A stretch of DNA of 64,000 bases, from the NCBI GenBank assembly GCA_964566925.1, contig CAZMIZ010000005.1, positions 184-64,183 of the forward strand, in the 5' to 3' direction. Positions within the stretch are counted from its first letter, which is position 1. Each line of letters begins with the position of its first letter. The notes below the pieces were generated by a model. The model worked only from the letters and a program-made list of their open reading frames with translations, did not search any database and was not told where the DNA came from. The position numbers and the translations under genes were made by a program. Below, one piece after another: positions 9,739-19,269 of the stretch. The stretch is from an uncultured Gammaproteobacteria bacterium (GTDB lineage: Bacteria > Patescibacteriota > Microgenomatia > PFEM01 > DATLAM01).

Positions 9739-11119
9739 AGCGTTTTCCGGCGGGTTTGCGCCCTGTATCGAACTTTGTTCTGGTTCAGGGCTTGACAAAA
9801 AATGTCTTTTAGGCTAAAAAAAGACTACTTCTGCCCATTTTCCCTGCCTAAAATTGAGTCATTTTTCGATTCCTGCCTGGAGAGGAGTAAGAAATGCTTT
9901 TATGGGGAGCTTTTACCTTAGGTTTTTGTGTTGGCTCCATTCTTTTTTTTCATATCTTTGGCCAGGAGTATGAATAGTGGAAATTTTATAGGATTGTAAG
10001 ATCTTTAAATAATTAAGACCTGTAGTATTTAACTTATTAAATTCTTCAAGCTTAAGACAAGGCTCTCGTTTTTCTCAACTTTCACTAGTTTTAGAGAATG
10101 TTTGTCTTAGAATATTGTTCCGAGAATATCGGATTAAAGATAAAGATTTAAAAAAATCAGCCAAAATTATAGAAAACCAAAAACTAGATATTTTAATTTA
10201 TCTTAAATCATTTTTTGATATAGATTGAATAGGTGATTTTGGTCAAATTTTATAAAACTTAAATTTTATTTTTATAGGATAACAACTTTGAGTTAATTTT
10301 AGTCGACGAAATTTTCTTAATTTTTCGAAAGAGGAAAAAATAGACTATCAATTTAGGTCAAAAAGAGAATTAATATCTCAAAAAATAAAATAATAGAGCA
10401 ATAAGATTTTTAACCAAAAAAATGGACAAATTTAGTCAGTTTATTTTTTTTATTAAAATTAACAATTTTCTAGAATTTAATCCCCTTAATTGTTACTAGA
10501 AGATCTTTTATTTTCTAAATACTAAAATAAGTTGCCGGATTAAAAAAATTGATCTAAAAAAGTCCATTTTCGCCAAAGAGAGAATAGACCAGGAAATTTT
10601 ATTAATGGGGGCCTATTTTTGAAGAGTTTAATTGTTCATAATTCATTTTTTTATGGAAATATTTAGTTTTTCGTAGGTCAATTAAAGTGGCAATTTTTTT
10701 CAAAAAACAGCCCAAATCGTTTTCAATAAGCTTTTTTTGCTGAAATTTTTAGTATCCTCAGTCGTTAGTTTTTTGATCTTCTGACAGCCAATTTTTAGCT
10801 CTTTTTCGGACTAAACAGTTGAAATTATAGGACTTTTAAATAAAAGAAAAAAGAGATTAAAAAAAGAAAATAGGAAAGGGGTTTTTATTTTTGAAGAGTT
10901 TTCGATTTGGTTGATATCTAGACATTTTCATTCCCTCCGAAGTGCCCTAAAAGCCCGCTAAAAAGCCCCAAAATCGATTAAATTTTGTTTTGGGAGCACT
11001 AAAAAACTGATCTAAATTTGGCTGAAATTGCCTCTTGACAGAGAGTACCCGAATGATGGTAACATAAAAATAAACCTATAAGTATCTAATTATAAACAAG
11101 CCTTGGAGGGGAGAGGTTT

Positions 11120-14100
11120 GTGGCTAAAAACCTGCCCAGAGCGAAAAAACTTTCAATTCTCCTTTCTTTTATTTGGAAAAACCCTTCTTTTGGTTTAGAC
11201 CGGATTTCAATTGAACTTTCAATTGAACTTTCTGATAAAAAGGGCAGAAAAGTCTTTTCAAGAAGCGGAATTCAGAAAGCTTTAACCAGGCTCGGGTTAA
11301 ATACGACTAAAAAGAGGCGAGCTTGGGCAAGAGGGATAACTACCGCCGAAGCCGCAAAGAAGTTTGCTGAGCTGGTGGCAACCAAGTTTTCAGGGAGATT
11401 GACGCCTGAAAAGCGGTTAGAGATGATCAGGCTGGTTGAACAAAAAGAAATGACCGCTAGCCGGGCTGCTCAGGCCTGTGGAGTTTCCCGAAAAAGTTTC
11501 TATAAATGGCAAAAGCGCTATTTGGCTTCAGCTCCAGGTAGGGAATATCAAGCAGTTTGTGATCAAAAACCGGCTATTGAAAAACGCTGGAATCAATTAA
11601 CGAATAAGCAGGAAGAGGCCATTCTTAAAATCGTTCGGGAGCATCCAGATTATTCCACCCATAAAGTTGCGCAAATATTGGCAGATATCGGCAATCACGG
11701 AGTTCAGAACGCTTTTGAGAGGTTAAATCTTAATACCTACGAAAAACGCTTAGCCTATGCTCAAGCCCCTCAACCAGTTATCACTCCTGTTACAAGAGTG
11801 CTGGGTTGGTTTAAGTCACTCCTGGATAGAATTCCAGCTATTTCTCCTCTTCCTCCTCCAATCAAACAAAAAATTGCCACTTTAACTCATCCTTTTGCTT
11901 TTAGCCTCTTTTTTTCAATTGTTTTCTCCACTTTTTTTCTTTTTTGGTTTGATCTCATCATTCGGGCGCCCACTCTGAGTGCTAAACTTGGCTTTATTTT
12001 TGCTTCAGCTTCATTATTGGTTGGCGGGTTTTTCTTTATCTACTCAATGAAATACTACCTGACTCTAGCGATTGTTCTTTCTTTTTCTCGCCAAACCCAA
12101 GAAGAAAGGGGAGGCTACACCTTTAGCCTGAAAGGGAGAATGAATGGCCCCACTTCGCCAGGGGCTACGCGGGGTAACGGCAATAGTGGATGGTTGTTAA
12201 GAATCTTTGGTTTAGGAAACGGGAATGGCCCTGAAGAAAAGGGAAAGATAGTTCAGGCTGGTGGTCTTCAGCCTTCTTTAGATCACATTAAACTGAAGCG
12301 GTATCCTTTTGTTTCAATTCATCTGCCCTTCTTTAATGAAAAGAAGGTGGCGGAGAGGATTCTTAAAGCCTGTACGGCCATGGATTATCCCAGAGAGAGT
12401 TACGAAATTATTGTTTGTGATGATTCCAATGATGAGACTATTAATATTGTGCAAAGGTACGTAAAGAAGCACAACCAAACTCACCCCAAAGGGCCGAAGA
12501 TTAAGGTTCTTCATCGGCCCACCAGAGAGGGTTTTAAAGGTGGCGCCCTTTCTTATGCTTTGAAGAGCATGGATAAAAAGACGGAGTTCTGTGTGGTCTT
12601 TGATGCTGACTTTATCCCTTACCCAGACACTCTGGAACTGTTTGTCAAGTATTTCAAGGTGAACAATGGTCAGTCTGAGAACTACACCAGGGGCAAGATT
12701 GCCGTGGTGGGAGGTTATCAATGGCATGTTTTAAACAAATCAGAGAACTGGATCACCCGAGGAGTGAGAACGGAGTATGCTGGGAGCTACGTCATTGAAA
12801 GGCCTGGCAGAGAGATCTTGGGATTGCTAAAACAGATCTCTGGCTCAGTCTATATGATTAGAAGTGATGTCATCAAAAAGGTAGGCTGGGGTACGAGTAT
12901 TACTGAAGACTTCCAGTTAACCCTCAAGCTCTATGAGCAGGGCTACAAGGTGATCTACACCCCCTATGTTCAAGCCCCAGCCGAATGTGTTTCTACCCTG
13001 AAAAGGCTTATTAGACAACGGATGAGATGGGCCGAGGGACACAGCAACAATATTAGGAGGATGTTTTTACGACTCCTGGTTTCTCCTAAGTTGACTCTCA
13101 CAGAGAAACTAGAGCTTTTTTATCTTTCCCCTTACTATCTCCAGGCCGCCTTCTTCTTAGTCGGTACTTCCTGCTGGCTTTTAGCTGAGGCTGTTTTTAG
13201 GGTTAAGTTGCCTTTTTGGACCTCTCTTTGGGGCTGGTCTTTGGTTTTAACTAACTTTTTCTGTTTGCCCTTGGTGAATGCCGTGGGTTTGTTCCTAGAA
13301 GAAAGTGAAGAAAGAGACTATCTTGGTTTACTCTCTTTTATTTTTCTCTCCTACGTTCTCGTTCCCTTCCAGGCCTATGCTTCGGTAAAAGGCTTTCTGG
13401 AAAAAGAAGAAGGTCCTTGGTTTCGGACACCCAAGACAGGGAGGATTACCGACATCTTTACCCGGGGAAGATTCTACCGCTGGATTGCCGGAATTCTTCC
13501 AGGGAGAGGAGCTACCCCTGCCTATGCTGAGGCGACAACAGGGAAACAGCCCCCCAACTCTTATCTGGCTTTAGCGACAGCCAACAGTCAGTTTAGCTCT
13601 TTTGAAATCACGCCCAAGAGAAACCGCTTATGGGGTAAATTGGCGCTTTTGTTGGTGGCGGGAATCAGTTCAAGCCTTTCCTATTTTGGTAATCGGATTC
13701 CTCAGGGTGTGATTGCCAACCTGCCTATTCAAGCCAGAGTCGAGGTGGCTGGTTCTCAGCCTAGTTTCATAATAGATCAAGCCATTTTTTCTCAAATCCT
13801 TAGTCTGTTTAAGCCAAAGCAGGCCTTAGCAGTCACCTCTGGACTCAAGGATGCCCTTTTGGCTGGACAGCCAGTTTCCCTGGAGAACTTCAAAGGCTTG
13901 GCGCTTTTCTTAACTCTTTTAAGCTTGAGCCTTTTGGTTTATTTGCTAAAAAGAAAGAGAAGATTTGTTAAAAAACTTTTACGACCGGCTTTTGTGACCA
14001 CTCTTGTCTTAATATGGCTTTTGACCAGCTTTCCCCCTGTTTGGTTTACCCCTCGCTTTCCACCGAAAATTAAAAAAGCTCTGGCCTACGACTATGACGA

Positions 14101-16339
14101 GACTTATAGCTTTGATACTCTGGCGGCCAATGAAAACGATTTTATCTGGGATGGTCCGGACGTAGATGTTTTATCAGTAGAGAACACTGACGGTTCTTGG
14201 TGTTGGACAGATGTTGGCTCAACTTCAAGTAGCACCGGGCCGCCATCAGGAGTGGCCTGTGTTTATACGGAAACCTCATCACCAGTAGCCGTCGATGACG
14301 AGTTTTATATGACTCTTGCCGAGGCGAATGAAGTTAGTGCTACTACCTATGGTATCTATGTGACCTTCGATACCTGTACCTATGGCAATACATCAGCCCA
14401 TTTATATTTTGAAGCCTGGAATGGCTCTGGTTGGCAACCGATAGATGATTGGGCCGGTAATTCAACCACGACCTTTACATCTAGGGGTCCTTATGATTTT
14501 ACGGCATATAGCAATTCAGATTTTAGTATCAGGTTTCGAACTGTGGTAGCTGGGACGACATACACGAACGACATGGCCGTTGATGAGGTTCGAATTTATG
14601 GGGATTCGGCTAATGCTTCTCCGGCCGCCCCGACACTTCATAACGTTCCTTTTCCTAATGAAATGGTCTATGATACTACCCCTAACTTCGAATTTACCGG
14701 TTCGGACCCTGACGGCACGGCGGATATCATTTATCACATTCAAGTAGACGATGATCAGGCGTTTGGCAGCGTGATAGTTGAATGTGAATCAGATACCTCT
14801 TGTGCCACCGGCGATGGTGGTTTTACTAATACGGTGACTGGAGGTGATACTAGCCCGTTTAATGAGGGAGAAAAGATTAGATTTACGCCGACGACGACCC
14901 TTGCTAGTGGGACAACTTACTGGTGGCGAGTCAGGGCCGAGGATGATTCAGGCGGGGGTGGTTCAGGAAATTATGGTGATTGGACAACAGCCATTAGTTT
15001 CACCCCAAACTCTGGCTCTAGTCCTTATTCTGAGTGGTTCCAGACCACCGATGAACAGTTTGCTACTGGAACGCTGTCAGGCACAACGATAAGTGGATCG
15101 GATTCAGTAGAATTAGGCACCGCGATTACGGCCACTGGTGGGACAACCAGCGAATCAGGCGGTTACAAATTCCATACTTTTACCAGTAGTGGAACGTTTG
15201 AAGTGACGGCCGGATCAGGCGATGTTGAGGTGCTGGTGGTTGGTGGTGGCGCAGGAGGGGGGACCGGGGGAACCGCTAGCCGAGGTGGAGGAGGTGCTGG
15301 TGGGATTGTCTATGATTCAGCTTATGCTGTCGTAGTAGATACTTATACCGTGACAGTAGGCGTGGGGAGTGCCGGAGCGTCAGGCACCTCAACGGCGTCA
15401 GATAATGGAGGAGATTCAGTATTTGATGATTTGACTGCATTAGGTGGAGGAGGAGCAGGAATACATTTAGGCGTAGGAAAGGATGGTGGTTCTGGTGGTG
15501 GTGGTAGTGGTTGGTCCAGTACTGCGGGCGGTTCAGGTCTCCAGCCGGGATCAGCATCTGGGGGTTATGGTAATGATGGTGGGACTGCTAATAGCAATAG
15601 CGCTGCTCCTGGTGGTTCTGGTGGGGGAGGTGGAGCAGGGGCTACTGGTAGTAATGGTGCAGATGGCACAGGCGTGGGGGGCGCCGGAGGAGCCGGATTA
15701 GAGTTTTCTCAATTTAGCAGTGTCGGTGGTTCACCGGCTGGCTGGTTCGGTGGCGGTGGCGGTGGCGGAGCAGCCTCTGGAGGAACAGCTGGATCTGGTG
15801 GACAGGGAGGTGGAGGGGCTGGAGGAGCTGGAACAACTGGCAGTAATGGTGTAGCTAATACCGGTGGGGGTGGTGGTGGTTCAACAAGCACTGGTGGGTC
15901 TGGGGGTTCGGGAATTGTTATTATTAGATATCCTACTTCTGGTGGTTCTTCGGGTACTATCCAGTCAACTCAAATTGACTTTGGTTGGTTTAGTGGTTCA
16001 CCCTCGGATTGGAACGAAGTATATGTGGGGGTAACAACGACCAACGGCAGTATCACCATCGATATCCTGGATGAAAACGAATCTGATACTGGTTTAGGCT
16101 GCACTATTAGCGGTGGGAGTAGTTCTTGTACGGTTGATATTTCGAGTTTAGATCCTGCGGGGGATGAGACCCAAATTTACATTTTGGCGACGCTTAATGA
16201 TGTGAGCGGGACACCCTATCTTAATGACTGGTTAGTGTCTGTTCCGGAAAATTTATGGCTATTTTTCGGCTTAGGCCTTTTTTTACCAGGCTTTATTAGA
16301 CGGAGAAAAAGGAAATTATTAGAAAGATTAATTAAGTAA
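11120..16339 (+). CDS. Giant multidomain membrane protein with five parts: IS-transposase-like HTH N-terminus, processive family-2 glycosyltransferase, multi-TM region, Gly-rich ectodomain, and a C-terminal VPEN-TM-RRRKRK sorting-signal-like tail
   Basis: 1739-aa continuous ORF with a GTG start and GGAGGGGAGAGG RBS. The HTH region is ...SRAAQACGVSRKSFYKWQKRY. GT2 motifs are VCDDSND (DD), VFDADF (DAD), SITEDFQ (TED) and QRMRWAEGH (QxxRW). The C-terminal Gly-rich region ends in GSGIVIIRY, and the final tail is SVPENLWLFFGLGLFLPGFIRRRKRK. Confidence 0.75.
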   Translation: MAKNLPRAKKLSILLSFIWKNPSFGLDRISIELSIELSDKKGRKVFSRSGIQKALTRLGLNTTKKRRAWARGITTAEAAKKFAELVATKFSGRLTPEKRLEMIRLVEQKEMTASRAAQACGVSRKSFYKWQKRYLASAPGREYQAVCDQKPAIEKRWNQLTNKQEEAILKIVREHPDYSTHKVAQILADIGNHGVQNAFERLNLNTYEKRLAYAQAPQPVITPVTRVLGWFKSLLDRIPAISPLPPPIKQKIATLTHPFAFSLFFSIVFSTFFLFWFDLIIRAPTLSAKLGFIFASASLLVGGFFFIYSMKYYLTLAIVLSFSRQTQEERGGYTFSLKGRMNGPTSPGATRGNGNSGWLLRIFGLGNGNGPEEKGKIVQAGGLQPSLDHIKLKRYPFVSIHLPFFNEKKVAERILKACTAMDYPRESYEIIVCDDSNDETINIVQRYVKKHNQTHPKGPKIKVLHRPTREGFKGGALSYALKSMDKKTEFCVVFDADFIPYPDTLELFVKYFKVNNGQSENYTRGKIAVVGGYQWHVLNKSENWITRGVRTEYAGSYVIERPGREILGLLKQISGSVYMIRSDVIKKVGWGTSITEDFQLTLKLYEQGYKVIYTPYVQAPAECVSTLKRLIRQRMRWAEGHSNNIRRMFLRLLVSPKLTLTEKLELFYLSPYYLQAAFFLVGTSCWLLAEAVFRVKLPFWTSLWGWSLVLTNFFCLPLVNAVGLFLEESEERDYLGLLSFIFLSYVLVPFQAYASVKGFLEKEEGPWFRTPKTGRITDIFTRGRFYRWIAGILPGRGATPAYAEATTGKQPPNSYLALATANSQFSSFEITPKRNRLWGKLALLLVAGISSSLSYFGNRIPQGVIANLPIQARVEVAGSQPSFIIDQAIFSQILSLFKPKQALAVTSGLKDALLAGQPVSLENFKGLALFLTLLSLSLLVYLLKRKRRFVKKLLRPAFVTTLVLIWLLTSFPPVWFTPRFPPKIKKALAYDYDETYSFDTLAANENDFIWDGPDVDVLSVENTDGSWCWTDVGSTSSSTGPPSGVACVYTETSSPVAVDDEFYMTLAEANEVSATTYGIYVTFDTCTYGNTSAHLYFEAWNGSGWQPIDDWAGNSTTTFTSRGPYDFTAYSNSDFSIRFRTVVAGTTYTNDMAVDEVRIYGDSANASPAAPTLHNVPFPNEMVYDTTPNFEFTGSDPDGTADIIYHIQVDDDQAFGSVIVECESDTSCATGDGGFTNTVTGGDTSPFNEGEKIRFTPTTTLASGTTYWWRVRAEDDSGGGGSGNYGDWTTAISFTPNSGSSPYSEWFQTTDEQFATGTLSGTTISGSDSVELGTAITATGGTTSESGGYKFHTFTSSGTFEVTAGSGDVEVLVVGGGAGGGTGGTASRGGGGAGGIVYDSAYAVVVDTYTVTVGVGSAGASGTSTASDNGGDSVFDDLTALGGGGAGIHLGVGKDGGSGGGGSGWSSTAGGSGLQPGSASGGYGNDGGTANSNSAAPGGSGGGGGAGATGSNGADGTGVGGAGGAGLEFSQFSSVGGSPAGWFGGGGGGGAASGGTAGSGGQGGGGAGGAGTTGSNGVANTGGGGGGSTSTGGSGGSGIVIIRYPTSGGSSGTIQSTQIDFGWFSGSPSDWNEVYVGVTTTNGSITIDILDENESDTGLGCTISGGSSSCTVDISSLDPAGDETQIYILATLNDVSGTPYLNDWLVSVPENLWLFFGLGLFLPGFIRRRKRKLLERLIK
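12317..13071 (+). repeat. 755-bp block 100% identical to 20509-21263, inside the GT2 domains of the two giant paralogs
   Basis: Base-by-base identity against an offset of 8192 bp. Flanking sequence is only ~75-85% identical. The antisense ORFs 12314-12727 and 20413-20919 encode identical peptides as a by-product. Confidence 0.8.
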
Positions 16340-16347
16340 TACGTTTC

Positions 16348-16959
16348 ATGGAGTCTATGGGAAGCTATAAAAAGAAGAAAGCCGACCGTGTCGGCCAAAA
16401 GCTTACTTTTAAATTGCTATTGGTGGGATTAAGCCTGATCTTAATGGCTTTGCCTCTGGTGGCGGCTGGTAGCTCTTTCTTAACTGATTTTTTAAACCAC
16501 GCCAACTGGTATCAACCAATCCAAAAATATATAGTTCCTTTTGAAGCCAAGTTAGTCGCCGCGGCTATCTATCCTCTAGGGATTAAAAGCAGAGTTAGTC
16601 CCAGTCAAACCACAGTTGCTTTTTATATGATCAAAGAAGATTCAGTGGTCCCGGTCGATTTGGCTTGGAATTGTTTGGGCTGGCAAAGCATGCTTTTGTT
16701 AATCGTTTCCTTAATAGCCGGATTAAGAGGTAATTTTACCAATATTTCAAGGCTGGAATGTATTGTCTTTGGTTTTTTTGGCACCCTTTTAATTAATGTT
16801 TTCCGGATGAGCCTGGTAGCGGCTGGAATTTATTATATCAACACCTTCTTTGCTATGATTGTCCATGATTATCTAATGGCTTTAATGGCCATTGCCTGGC
16901 TGATTTTCTTCTGGTGGTTTAGCTATGCCTTTATTCTGGAGGAGAAAGTAGATAGTTAG
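16348..16959 (+). CDS. Exosortase/archaeosortase-family-like polytopic membrane protein (candidate processing enzyme for the VPE-CTERM tails)
   Basis: 203 aa with multiple TM helices. The NCLGWQSM motif (compare exosortase CSGLRSL, the active-site Cys) and LINVFRMSL motif (compare the conserved N..R) are present. The gene lies 8 nt downstream of giant gene 1. Confidence 0.5.
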   Translation: MESMGSYKKKKADRVGQKLTFKLLLVGLSLILMALPLVAAGSSFLTDFLNHANWYQPIQKYIVPFEAKLVAAAIYPLGIKSRVSPSQTTVAFYMIKEDSVVPVDLAWNCLGWQSMLLLIVSLIAGLRGNFTNISRLECIVFGFFGTLLINVFRMSLVAAGIYYINTFFAMIVHDYLMALMAIAWLIFFWWFSYAFILEEKVDS

Positions 16960-16999
16960 GCAATAGGCAGTAGGCAGTAGATTGTAGTAGGATAAAGTT

Positions 17000-17368
17000 A
17001 TGAAGATTAAGACTTATAAAGATCTAACTGTTTGGCAGAAGTCTTTTAAGTTAGCTCTTGAGGTTTATAAAGTTACCAAAAAATTTCCTAGATCAGAGCT
17101 TTACGGCCTGACTTCTCAAATAAGAAGGGCCGCTTTTTCTATTCCGTCTAACATTGCCGAAGGATATGCCCGTCATCGTTTAGCCGAATATATTCAGTTT
17201 TTAAGAATTGCCTTTGCTTCAGGTGCCGAACTTGAAACACAGTTGTTAATTGCTAAAGAAACAAACTTATTGAGGGGTAAAGATTTTCAACGACTAAACA
17301 GCCTTTTAAGTGAAGTCATGAAGATGCTTAACGTGTTAATGAAAAAACTAAAAGAGGCAAAACATTAA
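17000..17368 (+). CDS. Four-helix-bundle protein (TIGR02436; the family named '23S rRNA-intervening-sequence protein')
   Basis: 122 aa. Has the hallmark motifs DLTVWQKS...L, PRSELYGLTSQIRRAA.SIPSNIAEGY and ..Ar.SGAELETQL. Confidence 0.75.
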   Translation: MKIKTYKDLTVWQKSFKLALEVYKVTKKFPRSELYGLTSQIRRAAFSIPSNIAEGYARHRLAEYIQFLRIAFASGAELETQLLIAKETNLLRGKDFQRLNSLLSEVMKMLNVLMKKLKEAKH

Positions 17369-17417
17369 TGCCTAATCACTATTGCCTAATTAACTATTAT
17401 CTAGTGCCTAAATTCTA

Positions 17418-18857
17418 ATGCCTATTTATCCCGCCCAGACATCAATGATGACCATCCAGATTGCCTTGGCCCGCTTTTTAGAGCAGGGGGGTGATATTCT
17501 GGGCAATTATCCTTACTGGTATTTAGGAACGACTCCTTATCGCTATTTAACCGGCCCGATTTTACCTTTTCTCCTGGCTGGCATTCACCAAGCTCTACCC
17601 CAGCTTTCATTATTTACTATTTTCTATTTACTAATTACTCTTACCTGGTTATTGGGTGCCGGAGGAGTTTACTTGTTAATCAGAGAACTGAGGGGAAAGC
17701 GTCTTAGCGCCGTTCTCGCGGCCCTTCTTTATCTTTTTGGCCCAGTTATACCCTTGACCTTCCGTTTCTCTAACGGCCTTTCTCTAATAGCCTTTTCTTT
17801 TTTACCTTTTATCCTGGCTCTTTATTCGCGTTTCCTAAAAGGGTGGAGTCGGAAGCTAACTGCTCTTTTATCTTTGGCGATTACTTTTCTTTTCCTTTTA
17901 GATTCCCTGGTTATCCCCACCATGGTTTTAGGGATGGCCGCTGTTTTCCTAAGCCAAGTTGGCTGGAAAAAACCCGAGGAGAAGATAAAAAGAACCCTAG
18001 TCCCTATTGCCTATTGCCTAATCCTTGCTACCCTCTGGTACACCCCTGGCTATTGGCTGGCTCTTTTAGGGGCGCCTTCTTTAGCCGGTAAAGGATTGGG
18101 TGAGGTGATGATTTGGTTAGGCAAACTTCTGCCCACGATAATTGCTTTTAGCGTTGCCCTTGTTTCGGTTAAATTTTTCAAAAAGAAAAACCAGCTACGC
18201 GATTTTTGTTTTTATTGGCTTTTGGTATTTCTTTGCCTATCTTTGCTTAGGTTTTTGGCAGACCCTGATTTTTGGTTAGACTGGATTGCTTATGGCACCG
18301 AGATCCAGTTTGGCCTGGCAATAGCTCTGGCTTTGATTGTCCCTGCGCTCTTCTCAAAACTATTCACTCTTCGCTATTCACTCTTCGCTATTATCTTTGC
18401 CTATTGCCTAATGCCTATTGCCTGGCTATTTCTCTTTAACCAATATGTTCTTAGCACTCTCCAAACAGACATTACCCAAACAGTAGAGTACCGAATTAGC
18501 AAACAATTATCAGAGACTGCTGACCCTGGCGAGCGAGTCTTCTTATCTGGAACCACTGCTTTCTGGTTAAATGCTTTTCCTGCCAGCTGGCGGATTCCCC
18601 AGGTCCGAGGTGGGGTTGATCAAGCGTCAATTGACCCCGAATGGCGAAGAGCGACTTGGGAAATAAGAGAGGGGGTTGATCTTGAGAAAACTCTTGAATG
18701 GCTAAAAAAGCTTAGGGTTGCCTATGTTGTGGTTCATACCCCAGATTCAGAAGAGTTTTATCATGATTTTGTTTATCCGGAGAAGTTTGAGGGAGGAGAA
18801 GGGTTAGAAAAGATTTACGATCAAAACGGAGATAGAATCTACCGGGTAATGAATTGA
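17418..18857 (+). CDS. Polytopic membrane protein with a soluble C-terminal domain, possibly a GT-C-type glycosyltransferase
   Basis: 479 aa with more than 10 hydrophobic helices. Lies in the context of the glycan locus. The coding sequence contains reiterated cctattgcc motifs. Confidence 0.45.
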   Translation: MPIYPAQTSMMTIQIALARFLEQGGDILGNYPYWYLGTTPYRYLTGPILPFLLAGIHQALPQLSLFTIFYLLITLTWLLGAGGVYLLIRELRGKRLSAVLAALLYLFGPVIPLTFRFSNGLSLIAFSFLPFILALYSRFLKGWSRKLTALLSLAITFLFLLDSLVIPTMVLGMAAVFLSQVGWKKPEEKIKRTLVPIAYCLILATLWYTPGYWLALLGAPSLAGKGLGEVMIWLGKLLPTIIAFSVALVSVKFFKKKNQLRDFCFYWLLVFLCLSLLRFLADPDFWLDWIAYGTEIQFGLAIALALIVPALFSKLFTLRYSLFAIIFAYCLMPIAWLFLFNQYVLSTLQTDITQTVEYRISKQLSETADPGERVFLSGTTAFWLNAFPASWRIPQVRGGVDQASIDPEWRRATWEIREGVDLEKTLEWLKKLRVAYVVVHTPDSEEFYHDFVYPEKFEGGEGLEKIYDQNGDRIYRVMN

Positions 18858-18859
18858 AA

Positions 18860-19162
18860 TCATTTAATCAATCCGAAGATAATGGCTGAGGCGATGAGAA
18901 CAGCTACTAAGGAACTGATAATTGCCGCAACAACTAACTGATTGGCAATCGCCGATAATCTCTTGGCAGGAGTTTCTTTAGCTCCTTTGCGGGCTCCCAT
19001 TATTTCGTTAAGTTGCTTTTTGGTGTAATAGCGACGATTAGTCGGGGAGCGAATCGCTTTTATTTTTCCTCTTTTTCCCCAGCGCCGGAGAGTGTCTCGA
19101 GAGACACCAAGATATTTAGCGGCTTCACCGATGGAGACCCATTGAGCTTTATCTTCAGCCAT
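18860..19162 (-). CDS. Membrane-tethered excisionase/MerR-type HTH DNA-binding protein
   Basis: 100 aa. The HTH_17-like region is SIGEAAKYLGVSRDTLRRWGKRGKIKAIRSPTNRRYYTKKQL, followed by a C-terminal TM helix LVVAAIISSLVAVLIASAIIFGLIK. Divergent from giant gene 2. Confidence 0.6.
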   Translation of the reverse strand: MAEDKAQWVSIGEAAKYLGVSRDTLRRWGKRGKIKAIRSPTNRRYYTKKQLNEIMGARKGAKETPAKRLSAIANQLVVAAIISSLVAVLIASAIIFGLIK

Positions 19163-19243
19163 AATTTCCTATTTTTGCCTAAATAAATTTTTAGAAATTA
19201 TTTAGCTTTGCCTATTTTTAAGGATAAGTTAAAAAATAGTCTT

Positions 19244-19269
19244 TGTCAAGGCGAAAATGACCCTTGACA
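19244..19269. promoter_or_regulatory. Perfect 8-bp inverted repeat TGTCAAGG-N10-CCTTGACA overlapping a TTGACA -35-like hexamer, between the HTH gene and giant gene 2
   Basis: tgtcaaggcgaaaatgacccttgaca. A candidate operator for the adjacent HTH protein. No clean -10 box could be found. Confidence 0.3.

Noticed and set aside
11120-11900. N-terminal HTH regions of the giant genes as active IS elements
   Set aside because: There is no DDE/RNase-H transposase domain, no terminal inverted repeats and no target-site duplication. The HTH modules are in frame with the GT2 domain in both paralogs, so they were treated as domesticated domains.
12314-12727. Minus-strand 137-aa ORF and its identical twin at 20413-20919
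   Set aside because: They are antisense to the GT2 catalytic domain. Their identity simply reflects the 755-bp identical block and there are no independent coding signals.
15276-15891. ORFs 15276-15557(-), 15483-15701(+) and 15709-15891(-), encoding His/Gln-rich and poly-Pro peptides
   Set aside because: They lie inside the Gly-codon-rich (GGN)n region of giant gene 1. Alternate or antisense frames of GGT/GGC repeats automatically yield P/T/H-rich open frames, so they are not real genes.
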